DNA of 64,000 nt from NCBI GenBank assembly GCA_965248925.1, contig CBDFLE010000006.1:4064001-4128000 (forward strand), written 5' to 3'. This DNA comes from Candidatus Multivoradales bacterium. Its GTDB lineage: Bacteria > Acidobacteriota > Thermoanaerobaculia > Multivoradales > J023. The translations under genes were made by a program, and so were the position numbers. The notes beneath the pieces were generated by a model. It searched no databases, had not been told where the DNA came from, and was given only the letters and a program-made list of their open reading frames with translations. Shown one piece after another: positions 10,246 through 20,607 of the stretch. The first letter of the stretch is position 1. Each line of letters opens with the position of its first letter.

Positions 10246-12798
10246 CTAACGCCCACCGGCGAGCAAATTGGCGAATAGCCGATAGGCGCCGGGTACTCCA
10301 GCGGGCAGCTGGCGAAAGAACGAGTAGCCGGTGTAGATGAAGACCCCTTCGCCGTGGCGAGCCCACAGCAGGCCCCCAATGAGCGGCTCTTCCCCGGGAT
10401 CAGCAGAGGCCAGTAGCGGCTGGTAGCGGCGATCCCATTCGCCGGGGAAGTAGAGGCCGCGTTCCTGCACCCAATGGGCGAAATCCTCGGCGGTAATTCG
10501 GTTCGGGGAGTTCAGCAGGGGGTGTTGCGGGCTGAGCAAAGTGACCGGAGCTTCTTCCACCGTCACCCGATCGCGGGACAAGCGCAAGGGGAAGGGGCCG
10601 AGTTCTTCGGTGACCAGACCGTGGGCGGTGTTGTACTGCATCACCAACACCCCGCCACTCGCTACCCAGTCGAGCAGTCGCTGCTGTAGAGCCTTTAGCC
10701 GCGGTCTGGTGTTGTAGGCTCGCACCCCGGTTACCACGGCATCGAAGCGGTCGAGATCGTTGCTTGCCAGATCTTCGTCGCTCAGCAAGGTGATGCGGTA
10801 CCCGAGTTGTTCAAGGGCGGCGGGAACCTCGTCGCCAGGCCCCATCACGTAGCCGATCTCACGACCGCCGATCTCGATTTCTAGCGGCACCAGCTGGGCG
10901 GCTGCCTGGCGCAGCACGCTCTGGGGCGGAATGTGCGGGTAGTCGATTTCTAGGCGCTGGCGGTGGTAGCCGCGGCCAGCGCTTTCGGCAATAGCGCTAA
11001 GTTGGCCCGGCTCCGCAGCGGCAGTGGCGATGAGGCTGAAAGTGAAACGGCTCTCACCGCCATCCGTGGCGAGTGTAAATGGCACCTTCGTCGGCTCGAT
11101 CCGCCAGCCTGGCGGCGTGGTCAGTCGTAGCTGGCCGGATTGCGCACGAGCGGTGCCGGCGTTCAAAGTCACTTGCACCTCTCGCGGCTGAGAGTCGGCG
11201 GCGATGAGAATCGTCGGCTCGACCCGCAGTGAGATCTTCGGTACGACCTGTAGCGGGCGCTCGAGTTCGCCAATCGCCGGATCGACCCAGCGATGCTTGA
11301 TCGGAGTCACCAGACTCAATAGCTGGCCGGCGATCTTCAGCGACCAGGTGGCACTCAGCTCAAGCGGATTCTCGGCCCGACCTCGCAAGGCCAGAGAGGG
11401 TACTGAGAAGAGGGCGCCGTCGGCGGGCTGGCGCAGCCAATAGGGCTCGCTGGCCGGGGTGTTTGGCGACAGCTGCAGGGTCAGTTTCTCAACCAGTGGC
11501 CGATTCTCTTGCAGGTGGCGGCCGGCGAAAGCGGCGACCGGCCCGGTCGGCATTTCTAGGGCGACGATTTCGAACTCGAGCGGGCTGCGGGCTAGGGCGG
11601 TGATGGTCAGCTCAACCGCCTCGCCTTTGGCCACCGTCGGGGCAGCTGCCTTGACGTCGAGCCACAGACCGCTGGCGGCGGCGATCACCGCCGTCAGTCG
11701 CTGCTGCTTGTAGCGTGCCCAAGGGTGGTCGAGTTGGGCTAGCTCGGCCGCCGCGTCAAGCAGCTGCGGCACCACGACAGAGGGTTGGTGAGGATCAAAG
11801 GCAGCTCGCGCCGCGGCCAGTCGTCGCCCCACCTCGGCGCCGCGCGGAATGCGTGCCCAGCTGGTGTCGATGCCTTGCAGCAGATCGCTCTCGGCCTGCT
11901 CGCCGGCACGGTGTTCCAGAGCCTCGGAGTGGCGACCGCGTTGCGCGGCGGTGCCGAACCCCTGGCTCTTGTGCTGGCTGCGGCTGGCGGCCGCAAGTTC
12001 GCCCAGTGAGCGGCCGAGCAGGGGGCTGTAGCCACCGACGTCGACTTCGAAGGTGCGGGTTTCATCCACCGGCTCGTCACGACCAAGAGCGCCGCGCCAG
12101 TTGTTCCACAGCAGACGCTTGGCCTGCCAGGGCTCGACATGGGCCATTTGATCAGTGAAGCGGTTGGCGTCGGCGGCGGCATCAAAGGCCTCGGCAGCCA
12201 GCTGTGCCGAGGCGGTGTGTTGGCCATGGCGGCCGCGGCCGTCTCCCGGAAAGCGGGTGATCACCACGTCGGGCCGAAAATTTCGCAGCACCCACACCAC
12301 GTCTTCGAGCAGCGCTTCACGATCCCAAGCGGTGAAGGCTTCGGCGGCCGACTTGGAGTAGCCGTAGTCGATAGCGCGGGTGAAGAACTGCTCGGCGCCA
12401 TCGAGACGTCGGGCGGCCAGTAGCTCCTGGGTGCGAATCACCCCCAGCGCGGCTCCCTTCTCGGCGCCGATCAGATTCTGGCCGCCGTCACCGCGAGTCA
12501 GCGACAGGTAACCGGTGCGCAGATGCTGGCCACGAGCCAGCCAGGCCAGAAGGGCGGTGTTCTCGTCGTCCGGGTGAGCGGCGATGTAGAGCACGCTGCC
12601 GAGCACCTGCAGCTGGTCGAGCGCCAGCTGCAATTCGCCGCTTGACAGCTGTGGGGTGGAGGCTAGACCCGGGCCGAGATCGGCTGCCGCGGCTACCGGG
12701 ACCAGCCCCACGGCAACAGCGGCTATCGCCAGCCAGCAGAAGGCGACCGGGTACCGCGACCAGTGGCAGCTTCGAGCAAGGAATTGAGGGCAGAACAT
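10246..12798 (-). CDS. PIG-L/LmbE family deacetylase with C-terminal GATase-like domain
   Basis: AAHPDDEN, TRGDGGQN, HGQH, RSQHKSQGFG motifs; start uncertain. Confidence 0.88.
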   Translation of the reverse strand: MFCPQFLARSCHWSRYPVAFCWLAIAAVAVGLVPVAAAADLGPGLASTPQLSSGELQLALDQLQVLGSVLYIAAHPDDENTALLAWLARGQHLRTGYLSLTRGDGGQNLIGAEKGAALGVIRTQELLAARRLDGAEQFFTRAIDYGYSKSAAEAFTAWDREALLEDVVWVLRNFRPDVVITRFPGDGRGRHGQHTASAQLAAEAFDAAADANRFTDQMAHVEPWQAKRLLWNNWRGALGRDEPVDETRTFEVDVGGYSPLLGRSLGELAAASRSQHKSQGFGTAAQRGRHSEALEHRAGEQAESDLLQGIDTSWARIPRGAEVGRRLAAARAAFDPHQPSVVVPQLLDAAAELAQLDHPWARYKQQRLTAVIAAASGLWLDVKAAAPTVAKGEAVELTITALARSPLEFEIVALEMPTGPVAAFAGRHLQENRPLVEKLTLQLSPNTPASEPYWLRQPADGALFSVPSLALRGRAENPLELSATWSLKIAGQLLSLVTPIKHRWVDPAIGELERPLQVVPKISLRVEPTILIAADSQPREVQVTLNAGTARAQSGQLRLTTPPGWRIEPTKVPFTLATDGGESRFTFSLIATAAAEPGQLSAIAESAGRGYHRQRLEIDYPHIPPQSVLRQAAAQLVPLEIEIGGREIGYVMGPGDEVPAALEQLGYRITLLSDEDLASNDLDRFDAVVTGVRAYNTRPRLKALQQRLLDWVASGGVLVMQYNTAHGLVTEELGPFPLRLSRDRVTVEEAPVTLLSPQHPLLNSPNRITAEDFAHWVQERGLYFPGEWDRRYQPLLASADPGEEPLIGGLLWARHGEGVFIYTGYSFFRQLPAGVPGAYRLFANLLAGGR

Positions 12799-12818
12799 CA
12801 GGATTTGGTGCACCGCAC

Positions 12819-13286
12819 CTAACGGAAGTAGCGCCAGCCCGCGAGGACTTGCCCTTCGCTCAAGAGCACTTCGTTGCCCACCACCTGATGCTGCAGCGGT
12901 ACTGGCTTGCAGCCGCCGCCGCCAGCGTTGATCGAGGTGAGTTCGAACGATTTGTCGCATTTGCGGCAAGTCAGCCAGCCATCGGCAGCGCTATAGCCCC
13001 GCTTCAGCTTGTAGCACTGTTCGTTGGCGTCGAAGCCGACTTGGATTTGACTCTCAATGTCGCGCCCAATGAAGAACTTGATCTCCTGATTGCCGGTGTT
13101 CAGGAAGCGGAAGAACCGTACCTGCTCAGTCTCAAGGTCGCTGATGTCTATGCGCAGGGAGCCATCGGGTTGCGGAGAGACCTGTTCATAGGAACCGTAG
13201 CTGAAGCCGCCTTCGAGGGCGAAATCAGCCGCCAGCACACCAGCGGCAAAGACCAAGACGAGGGCGAAAGCATGGATAGGTTTCAT
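12819..13286 (-). CDS. DUF2318-like exported Fe-S/metal-binding protein
   Basis: Signal peptide; FDANEQCY...GY...LTCRKC...GGCKPVPL. Confidence 0.7.
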   Translation of the reverse strand: MKPIHAFALVLVFAAGVLAADFALEGGFSYGSYEQVSPQPDGSLRIDISDLETEQVRFFRFLNTGNQEIKFFIGRDIESQIQVGFDANEQCYKLKRGYSAADGWLTCRKCDKSFELTSINAGGGGCKPVPLQHQVVGNEVLLSEGQVLAGWRYFR

Positions 13287-13601
13287 CTCTAGGGACCTCG
13301 CGGAAGAAGCCAAGCCTAGCACAGGGTGGTGGGGGAGGAGGTGGCCAGTCCGTCGCTCCCAGCGTCGACCAGGGCTGCTACATACCGGAGAGGCGGGTGA
13401 CGAGGAAAGCCACTTGGCGATAAAGACCTACAACCTGAAGCGACCGACTGCGCTCAAGGTTGGGAGCCAGACTGCCGTTCCGCAGCTTATTGGCAATGGC
13501 GTCCGCTGAATTCGGGCGTTCGCTGAATTCGCCTCGATTAGCCACCAGGGTCTGAGCTGATGTGCATCTTCTGAAACCTCGGTGCGGAAGAGTATAGGAT
13601 A

Positions 13602-14030
13602 TCAGGTGCGAATGTCAACGTGTCGTGCTTGCGCATTCTCTTGCCAAACTCGTTTCAACTGATGCGAGGCGACAGTCTGGGAGAGTCGTAGGGCATAGGG
13701 GTGGTCCGCTTTCCATGTCGCATTTTGGATAGTGTACTCATAACCTGGCCAACCGTGGTTTGACTGAGTGTCTTTCAGGCTATCTCTATGCCCTCTTCCT
13801 ATGGTGTCACACGAGAACTTGCCCGCCTTTGGTTCGAAGAACACTCGGAAAGTGAATTTGTCGATTTTTCCGTCAGCTGCGTAATGAAGGGAGAACTCTT
13901 CCCAACTGTTGAGGAGCTTGGAGTGCATGCCTGGCCAGGTATGAGTCAAACTGATTGCTCTAGTTTCTCCCGGTTCCATTCTTGGAAGAAAAAACAACGT
14001 GACCTTTTTGAACAGAGGTTGATCTTCCAC
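13602..14030 (-). pseudogene. 3' fragment of a lower-GC gene truncated by ISL3
   Basis: AT-richer, protein-like open frame VEDQPLFKKVTLFFLPRMEPGETRAISL... with no start before the IS boundary. Confidence 0.45.
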
Positions 14031-14034
14031 AGGG

Positions 14035-15145
14035 GGCGCTACCGTATCTTGTGTGGGCCATGGACCAGCGGATAGGCTGTCTGGATGCGAGACAAAGACC
14101 TGTACGCGAAGATCCTGGGCATCGAATCGCCGTGGCGTGTCACTGAAGTAGACCTGGCCTTGGAAGAGGGTGAAGTCTTGGTGCATCTGATCAACGGCGA
14201 GAAGCGCCCACCCTGTCCTGAATGCGGCAGGCCGTGCAGCGGCGACGACGCCCGCTCCCGTCGCTGGCGGCATCTGGATACCTGCCAGTACCCCCGAGCA
14301 GTAGCCAGAGGTCTGGCTCGGCGAGAGCGCAAACTCCCTCAGCGTCTCGGTGTGGATGAGACCTCCTTCCAGAAGCTCCATGAATACGTGACCGTGGTCT
14401 GTGACCAGCAGCAGGGTGTCGTCATTCATGTGGCCGACGGTCGGGGCCGAGACTGCCTCGACGACTTCTACAAAGCATTCGACGAAGAGGACAGAGAGGC
14501 CGTCGAGTCCGTCTCGATGGACATGTGGCCAGCGTACATCGGCTCGACCGAGCAGTACATTCCTGGGGCCGAGAAGAAGATCGCCTTCGACAAGTTCCAT
14601 GTGGCCCAGCACCTGTCCAAGGCGGTGGACAAGATCCGCCGACAGGAGAACAAGATTCTCATCAACCAAGGTGATGAGTTCCTGAAGGGCAGCAAGTACC
14701 TCTGGCTCCAGAACCCTGGAAACATGAGCGCTGAGCGCTGGGCGGGATTCGAGGAGCTGCGCGAAAGCAGCCTCAAGACCGCCCGCGCATGGGCGATCAA
14801 AGAACTCGCGTTGAGTCTGTGGCACTACACCTACCGAGGCAATGCTCGCAAAGCCTGGAACAAGAGGTACGCCTGGGCGATCCGCTCCCAGCTTGAACCC
14901 ATCAAGAAGGTTGCCAGGATGGTAAAACGCCACCTGGAGGGTATCCTCACCGCCATTGTCCAATACGTCACGAATGCTCGTTCCGAGGGAATCAATGCGA
15001 AGATCCAGTGGGTCAAGTACACGGCCAGGGGATTCCGTAACCGGGAGCGCTTTCGTAACGCGATCTACTTCCATCTCGGGGGTCTTGATCTCTACCCGGA
15101 AAGCCTCGGGCGGTGAACGCTACCCACACAAAGTGTTGTTGCGCC
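14035..15145 (+). mobile_element. ISL3-family insertion sequence (degenerate)
   Basis: Terminal IRs GGCGCTACCGTATCTTGTGTGGG (14035-14057) and GGCGCAACAACACTTTGTGTGGG (reverse complement of 15123-15145), 17/23 identical; no target duplication seen. Confidence 0.8.
14085..15116 (+). pseudogene. ISL3 transposase with in-frame internal deletion
   Basis: CPECG, WRHLDTCQY, GVDE, SMDM, DKFHV, EGIN, ARGFRN motifs; LDTCQY runs directly into PRAVARGLARR, missing the usual second zinc-finger half and HTH. Confidence 0.8.
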
Positions 15146-16319
15146 ACTGGATCTATGAGTGTGCTCATGAGGATCGGACCGAGATTCATCCACCGGTGAT
15201 GGTTGCCTCCCAACGGCCGCGCCCGGTGAAGATCGCGGAGTCTCTCAACCTCGGCTCGAACGTCTGGGTGCCCGGCATTGTCACCCATCTGTGGGTCAAC
15301 AACGAAGGTGGTGCGGTGACCAATTCTTGTGCCGATACTGATCTCCACCAACCCTTTTCCCAGCGGCCGGTGCCGCTGAAGCCGCTCTGCGTACCGCCGC
15401 GGATCTTTCCCTTGCCCGCTACCAACCCGATCAGAAAACGCCACTAGTTCGACATCCACCTGCCACGCAACCCGCGAGAGCTGCTGGCTCCCTACAAGGA
15501 TGTGCCAGCCGCACCGCTGCATCTGGAGATCCTCGATCCGCGCAATGTTGGCGGGCCGAGTCCAACGATCACTCAGGATCCGCTGAACCCCAGCCTGCTG
15601 CACGTTTCCGTAGACCTCACTTTTTTCACCAGCGACGTTTACTCACGGAAGATCTATGCCGCCTGGGCGCTGCCTTCACCAGACAACTGGGGGCTCAGCG
15701 AGTGGCGGTTAGCGGTCAATAAACTCGATGTTCACAACGACGGCGACCGGATTGGGGGTGGTCCGACAACACTGGCGACGTGTTGTTGGAGTTGCCTCAG
15801 GAAACTACAATCGGTCGAGAAAAGAGCACTTGCAAAAGTGGTACCCTGTCGGGCTGTGCCAGCTACACTCTGCACTATCAGGTGTCGCAGGTGGCGGCCA
15901 AGGTTACCCCGACTCTCAGCCAAGCCGGCCTCGACCTCTACGACGAATATGTCGTCACCTACGAGCAGGTAGGCGACCAAGTCGAGGTCCCGGACCCTTT
16001 CCAGGATTGGGGTACGCCTGGCGACATCTTCGTCAAACAGGGAGAACCGCCGGTGGTGCTCGACCTCGAAGACTTCGACCCGCAGCAGGGTCCAGAACCC
16101 AACAACCTCTTCGAGATGTCAGAGGAAGAGCTGGCCGAGATGATCGCCCTCGCCAGCGAGGAGGATCCGGAGGGCCTCGACAGCTGGCTGACGGCCGTGC
16201 GCGAGAATGCCCTCGAAGCCCTCGGCTCACCACGCGAAGAAGAAAGTGCGGATAAATCTGGCGGAACTCAAAGCGTCTTTCCCGAGCAACTACTGGGAGC
16301 AATACTTCGGCGATTTTGA
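15146..16319 (+). pseudogene. Disrupted gene remnant (5' end lost at the IS, in-frame TAG at 15445-15447, frameshift near 15760)
   Basis: Protein-like reading HWIYECAHEDRTEIHPP...RKRH*FDIHLP...DVHNDGD, then a second frame LLELPQETT...; GC3-biased codons. Confidence 0.55.
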
Positions 16320-16375
16320 GATTCCAGACCTCTGACACGAGTCGTGAATCGGCGTTGGCTGGCGCAGGCTGTTGG

Positions 16376-17605
16376 CTAGAACGACAGCAGCAGGCTAGTC
16401 AGCGCCGCGCTCATCAGATTTGACAGGGTGCCGACCAGGATCGCCTTCAGCCCGAGCTGGGCGATCTCGTGTTTGCGCCTCGGCACGATGCTGCCGACCC
16501 CACCCATCATGATGGCCAGCGCGGTCAAGTTGGCAAAGCCGCAGAGGGCGACGGTGATCACCGCCTGGCTGTGGCTGCTCAGGCTGGCTTTGGCATCGAC
16601 AAAGTTGATGTAAGCGACGAATTCATTGAGGATGGTTTTCTGTCCCACCAGATTGCCAGCGATCTGGCAATCTTCCCAGGGGATTCCGAGCACCCACATC
16701 AGCGGTGCGAAGATCACTCCGAGGATTTTCTCGAGCGTAAGATCCGGGGTTCCGAAAACCCCACCGATGCCACCGACAATGCCATTGGTGAGGGCGAACA
16801 GGGCGACGATGGCGACCAGCATGGCGCCCACGTTGAGGGCTATTTTGAGCCCGGTGGCGGCGCCGTCGGTGGCCGCCTCGATGATGTTCACCGGCGGATT
16901 TTCATCGTCGAAGCTGCGGGCATCGAGCAGCTCGCCGGGTTGGCGCGAATCGTCGGATGTGTCGGGGATCAGGATCTTCGACATCAGCAAGCCACCCGGT
17001 GCGGCCATGAAAGAGGCGGCGATCAAGTAGCCGAGATCCATGCCGAGCTGGGCATAGGCGAGCAGAATAGCTCCCGAAACCGAGGCCAGCCCGCCGCCGA
17101 GTACGGCGAAGAATTGCGAGCGGCTCAATGAGGTGAGGTAAGGCCGCACCACCAGCGGCGCCTCGATCATGCCGACGAAGATGTTGGCGGCGGCGCAGAA
17201 AGATTCCACCTGAGTAACGCCGACGATCTTGCGGATGGCACCGCCGAGCAGCCGGATCACCCACTGCATCACCCGTAGGTAGTAGAGCACCGAGATCAGG
17301 GCTGAGGCGAAGACGATCACCGGTAGCACTCGGATCGCCACCACGAAACCAAACTCCTCCACTGAAGCCAGCCGACCGAAGACGAATTCCGTACCCACAT
17401 CGGCAAAAGCCACCACCCGCTGCACCCCATCGGCCGCGGCCTGCAAGATGCGCCGTCCCAGCGGCACGTAGAGCACCAACACCGCGATGGCCGCTTGCAG
17501 GCCGAAAGCGCTCAGCACCACCCGCGGCCGGATCGCCCGGCGGTTCTCCGAGCACAGGATGGCGATGGCCAGGAGGACGAGAATTCCCAGAGGGGCGGCG
17601 TTCAT
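16376..17605 (-). CDS. NupC/CNT family nucleoside transporter
   Basis: AANIFVG, ASFMAAPG, NEFVAY, ALCGFAN motifs. Confidence 0.92.
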   Translation of the reverse strand: MNAAPLGILVLLAIAILCSENRRAIRPRVVLSAFGLQAAIAVLVLYVPLGRRILQAAADGVQRVVAFADVGTEFVFGRLASVEEFGFVVAIRVLPVIVFASALISVLYYLRVMQWVIRLLGGAIRKIVGVTQVESFCAAANIFVGMIEAPLVVRPYLTSLSRSQFFAVLGGGLASVSGAILLAYAQLGMDLGYLIAASFMAAPGGLLMSKILIPDTSDDSRQPGELLDARSFDDENPPVNIIEAATDGAATGLKIALNVGAMLVAIVALFALTNGIVGGIGGVFGTPDLTLEKILGVIFAPLMWVLGIPWEDCQIAGNLVGQKTILNEFVAYINFVDAKASLSSHSQAVITVALCGFANLTALAIMMGGVGSIVPRRKHEIAQLGLKAILVGTLSNLMSAALTSLLLSF

Positions 17606-17656
17606 CGGGTTTCCTTTCAAGTAGCTTGAGAGGTATCAATCACCAGGCGGATTGTC

Positions 17657-18546
17657 TCAGACCGCCAGCGAGGCGAGGCTGGCATCGATCTCAGCTCGGC
17701 TCAAGACCTGTGGGCCGACGAAAACGGCCTGCACTTTGGCCAGAGCCTCGAGGGTGGTCAGGGGATTGTCTTCGAGCAGAATCAGTAGCGCCCTCTTGCC
17801 CTCCTCGACCGTGCCCCAGTCGGACTCTTCGCCGTAGAACTCCGCCATGCTGACAGTTGCTGCTCGCAGCGCCTCGTAGGGCGACAAGCCGGAACTGGCG
17901 AGCAGCCGCAGTTCTTCGAGCATGGAAAAGCCCGGGACGATGAAGGCGCCATCGCCAGCACTAACCAGCAAGGGCACTCCTGCTTGCGCCATCATCAGGG
18001 TGATGGTCTTGCGCACCAAGGTGCTGCCGTAGGCGCCGGCGGCTTGACCAGCGGCGCGGCGCAAGGAAATATCTGCGGCAATGCCAGCCCCTGCTGCTGC
18101 AATTCACGGAGTTCAGCCGTTAGGTCCGGAGTGTGTCTCGTAAAGCGCAGAGTGGTGACGCCCGCCGCTAGCGTCAGGCGCAGATAGTCAGCCAGCGGCA
18201 GGTCGATCCCTTGCCGACCCGGCGGATGTGGATGACCGTCGGCGAGCCCCGGCATCAGGTATTTGCCAGCGGCTTCGATGAGCCGCGGGTTTGCATCGTC
18301 GTGGCGCGTTGTGCCATCGGGTGAAATCGAGTGAATTACGCCATCACGGATCAACACGTCGCGGCTCCTCAGCAGGCGTGCTCGATCCATGGGTATTACA
18401 TGCACGCCGCGTAGCAGCGTCGCATCGCCAGCGGTTTCCGGTCGTCCGCCGCTAGGTGGTTCCATCGCTGCCGCCCTTCTGACTTGGGCCGATCCGGCGA
18501 GAGAAAGGGAAAGGCCGGTGCCGAGCAAAAACCTTCTACGGTCCAT
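17657..18546 (-). pseudogene. Tat-exported amidohydrolase, internally deleted and frameshifted near 18045
   Basis: DRRRFL Tat motif, KYLMPGLADGHPH N-terminus and GLSPYEALRAAT...GTVEEGKRA C-terminus in different frames; central barrel missing. Confidence 0.75.
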
Positions 18547-18653
18547 CGCTGTGTTCAAAAAAGGAGCATTGCATAGGCAGTCACAGAGCCAGGAATGAGA
18601 TTCGTAAAACTCTTCGCGCCGAGGTTTAGGTTCGCCGCTTCGGAAGGGCCTCT

Positions 18654-19070
18654 TCAGGAGCCCTGCTCGACCCGCTTGCCCAAGCGAACGACCCAGGGGC
18701 GAGTCTTGCGCTCAGCGGTCAGTAGACGGGCTTCGAGAGTCAGAGCCAAGGTGATGAAGACGGCGTCATATTCCGTTGCCTGGTAAGAGAACGCAGTTTG
18801 TAGAACCCTTGCAGGTTCGGGCTCGCTGGTTCTGAGAGGAGCGGCCAAATGCAGGCCGTAGATCTCTTGCGCCAATGGCTCATCGATCTCTCCGCGCCGC
18901 ACGTAAGTGCGAAGTACGCTGGCGATTTCCCAGAAATGCAGCCCCGGGACCCACAGATGTACCTCTCCGTCGAGTATTCGTTGTTACCATTCACGGGCTG
19001 CCTGCGACGAACTCTCGGGCAAGTACCAGGCGATTGCGACGCAGGTGTCGAGAACTAGATCCTGGGTCAT
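18654..19070 (-). pseudogene. VapC PIN toxin with premature TAA at 18986-18984
   Basis: MTQDLVLDTCVAIAW...AREW*QRILDG...EYDAVFITLAL...LLTAE. Confidence 0.8.
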
Positions 19071-19306
19071 ATTCGGTTGCGATCTTCGCGCAAGAGTTCG
19101 CTGGGTGCCTGTCGAAGACGCAGATGGCGAGTCTTGGATTCAATTCCGCGCCAGCGATCGCGGTAGCTGGCGGAGCGTTCTTGGTCGGCTTTGACGGCGA
19201 CGAATAGGAGCAGAGCTTCCTCGACCACGGCGCGTTTTGAAGTGGCGGAGGAATATTTCGCCGCTTCTCGCATCAGGTCGTGATTGAGCACGATGTTGGT
19301 TCTCGT
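19067..19306 (-). pseudogene. VapB-like antitoxin whose expected start codon reads ACG
   Basis: (ACG)RTNIVLNHDLMREAAKYSSATSKRAVVEEAL matches the MRTNIxxDxxL antitoxin pattern; ATGA overlap with the toxin. Confidence 0.7.
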
Positions 19307-19450
19307 ACACCAAATCGTACACCAATTGTATTGCCGGGTGTTTGCAACTGCAACACGGAATCGGAGTAGCACACGCGTCGATCCGGGAATCTCTGTGTTT
19401 GAAAGAGGCGGGAGGGCCGCTCGCCTGCAAGTACTCGGGGCAGCTCGGTG

Positions 19451-19981
19451 CTAACCGCCAGTGACAGGGCGCCGGCCGAGAATCATGCAGGTGGTGCTGC
19501 CATGGGCGAGCAGCTGACCTGCCTTATCCTCGATGCGGCCATCGGCGGTGGCGGTGCGTTTGCCGCAGTGGATCAGCCTGCCGATGGCGCGCACCCGGCC
19601 GGTGGCGGTGGTCATCGGCCGGATGTAGTTGATCTTCAGTTCGAGGGTGGTGTACGCGGTGGTGATCGGCAATTGAGTGTGGATGGCGCAGGCCATGACG
19701 GTGTCGAGCAGGGTAGCGGCAAGGCCGCCGTGGACGATCCCCATCGGGTTGTAATGGGATTCGTCGGGGTCGCATTCGAAGACCGCTCGACCGTCGCTGA
19801 ACTCCACTGGCCAGTAGGCCATCAACTCAGCGATCGGCGGCTTGGCCAGCTCGCCGGTGCGCATCGCCTCCAGCATCTCCAGGCCACTGCGGTAGCGGCC
19901 GCTGCGGACCGCTTGCTGGAATTCGTCGGGGTCGGTCCAGCTGATCAGTCGGCAGCGCGCCGGGGCCGCGGAATCGGTCAT
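19451..19981 (-). CDS. PaaI family thioesterase
   Basis: HYNPMGIVHGGLAATLLD, TLELKINYIRP. Confidence 0.9.
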   Translation of the reverse strand: MTDSAAPARCRLISWTDPDEFQQAVRSGRYRSGLEMLEAMRTGELAKPPIAELMAYWPVEFSDGRAVFECDPDESHYNPMGIVHGGLAATLLDTVMACAIHTQLPITTAYTTLELKINYIRPMTTATGRVRAIGRLIHCGKRTATADGRIEDKAGQLLAHGSTTCMILGRRPVTGG

Positions 19982-20538
19982 TACTCGGCGTCGGGCACCG
20001 CGGGCAGTGAGTAGGCGAATTCGTAGCGATGCTCACCGTCGACAACGTCGATCTTGAATTCGCCGGTGAGACCGGTCAGCCCGTCGCTACCTGAGCCCGG
20101 TATCACGGTGATGCTGAGCTCCTGACTTGTGGCGCTCATCAACCCGCGGTGGAGGAAGACGAAGCTACCGCTGCGACCATGGAGAGTGCCGCTCACCCGC
20201 TCCATGGCGACGTAGCCCGCCGAGCCTTTGGTTTCGGTCACTGCGGTGAGCATCTCGCCCTTGCCGGCGGCTTCGAGATCGCCGTGGAATTGTTTGTCGA
20301 GGGCCATTCTTGCCAGCTGCGCGCCGGCTCCGGCGTCGGGCTCGCCTTGGGGGACCATCTTGACCTCGAATGTGCCGCTAGCTGTTTGGGTCGTCACCTT
20401 TGCTTGCTCCATGGTCTGTGAATGAAGGGGTGCCGCCAACAGCCCGAGCAAGCTGAGTCCGAGAAGGGCGCGGGCGAGAAGAGTCGGCGGCTGGATCGTC
20501 GTCGAGATTGGGTTTGGGGTCGATGTGGTCTTGTTCAT
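19981..20538 (-). CDS. DUF3224 domain protein
   Basis: KQFHGDLEA...SAGYVAMERVSGTLHGRSGSFVFLH...PGSG. Confidence 0.85.
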   Translation of the reverse strand: MNKTTSTPNPISTTIQPPTLLARALLGLSLLGLLAAPLHSQTMEQAKVTTQTASGTFEVKMVPQGEPDAGAGAQLARMALDKQFHGDLEAAGKGEMLTAVTETKGSAGYVAMERVSGTLHGRSGSFVFLHRGLMSATSQELSITVIPGSGSDGLTGLTGEFKIDVVDGEHRYEFAYSLPAVPDAE

Positions 20539-20607
20539 TGTCGAGCATTGTATGGCAGGTGGGCTGGCGTCGGTATAATTGTAGGGACAACCCAAGGAGT
20601 TCCAAGC

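Noticed and set aside
13602-15074. 490-aa minus-strand ORF
   Set aside because: Mostly antisense to the ISL3 transposase; only the last ~140 aa look like a real gene fragment
15445-15447. In-frame TAG as pyrrolysine
   Set aside because: The gene is also 5'-truncated and frameshifted; a nonsense mutation is simpler
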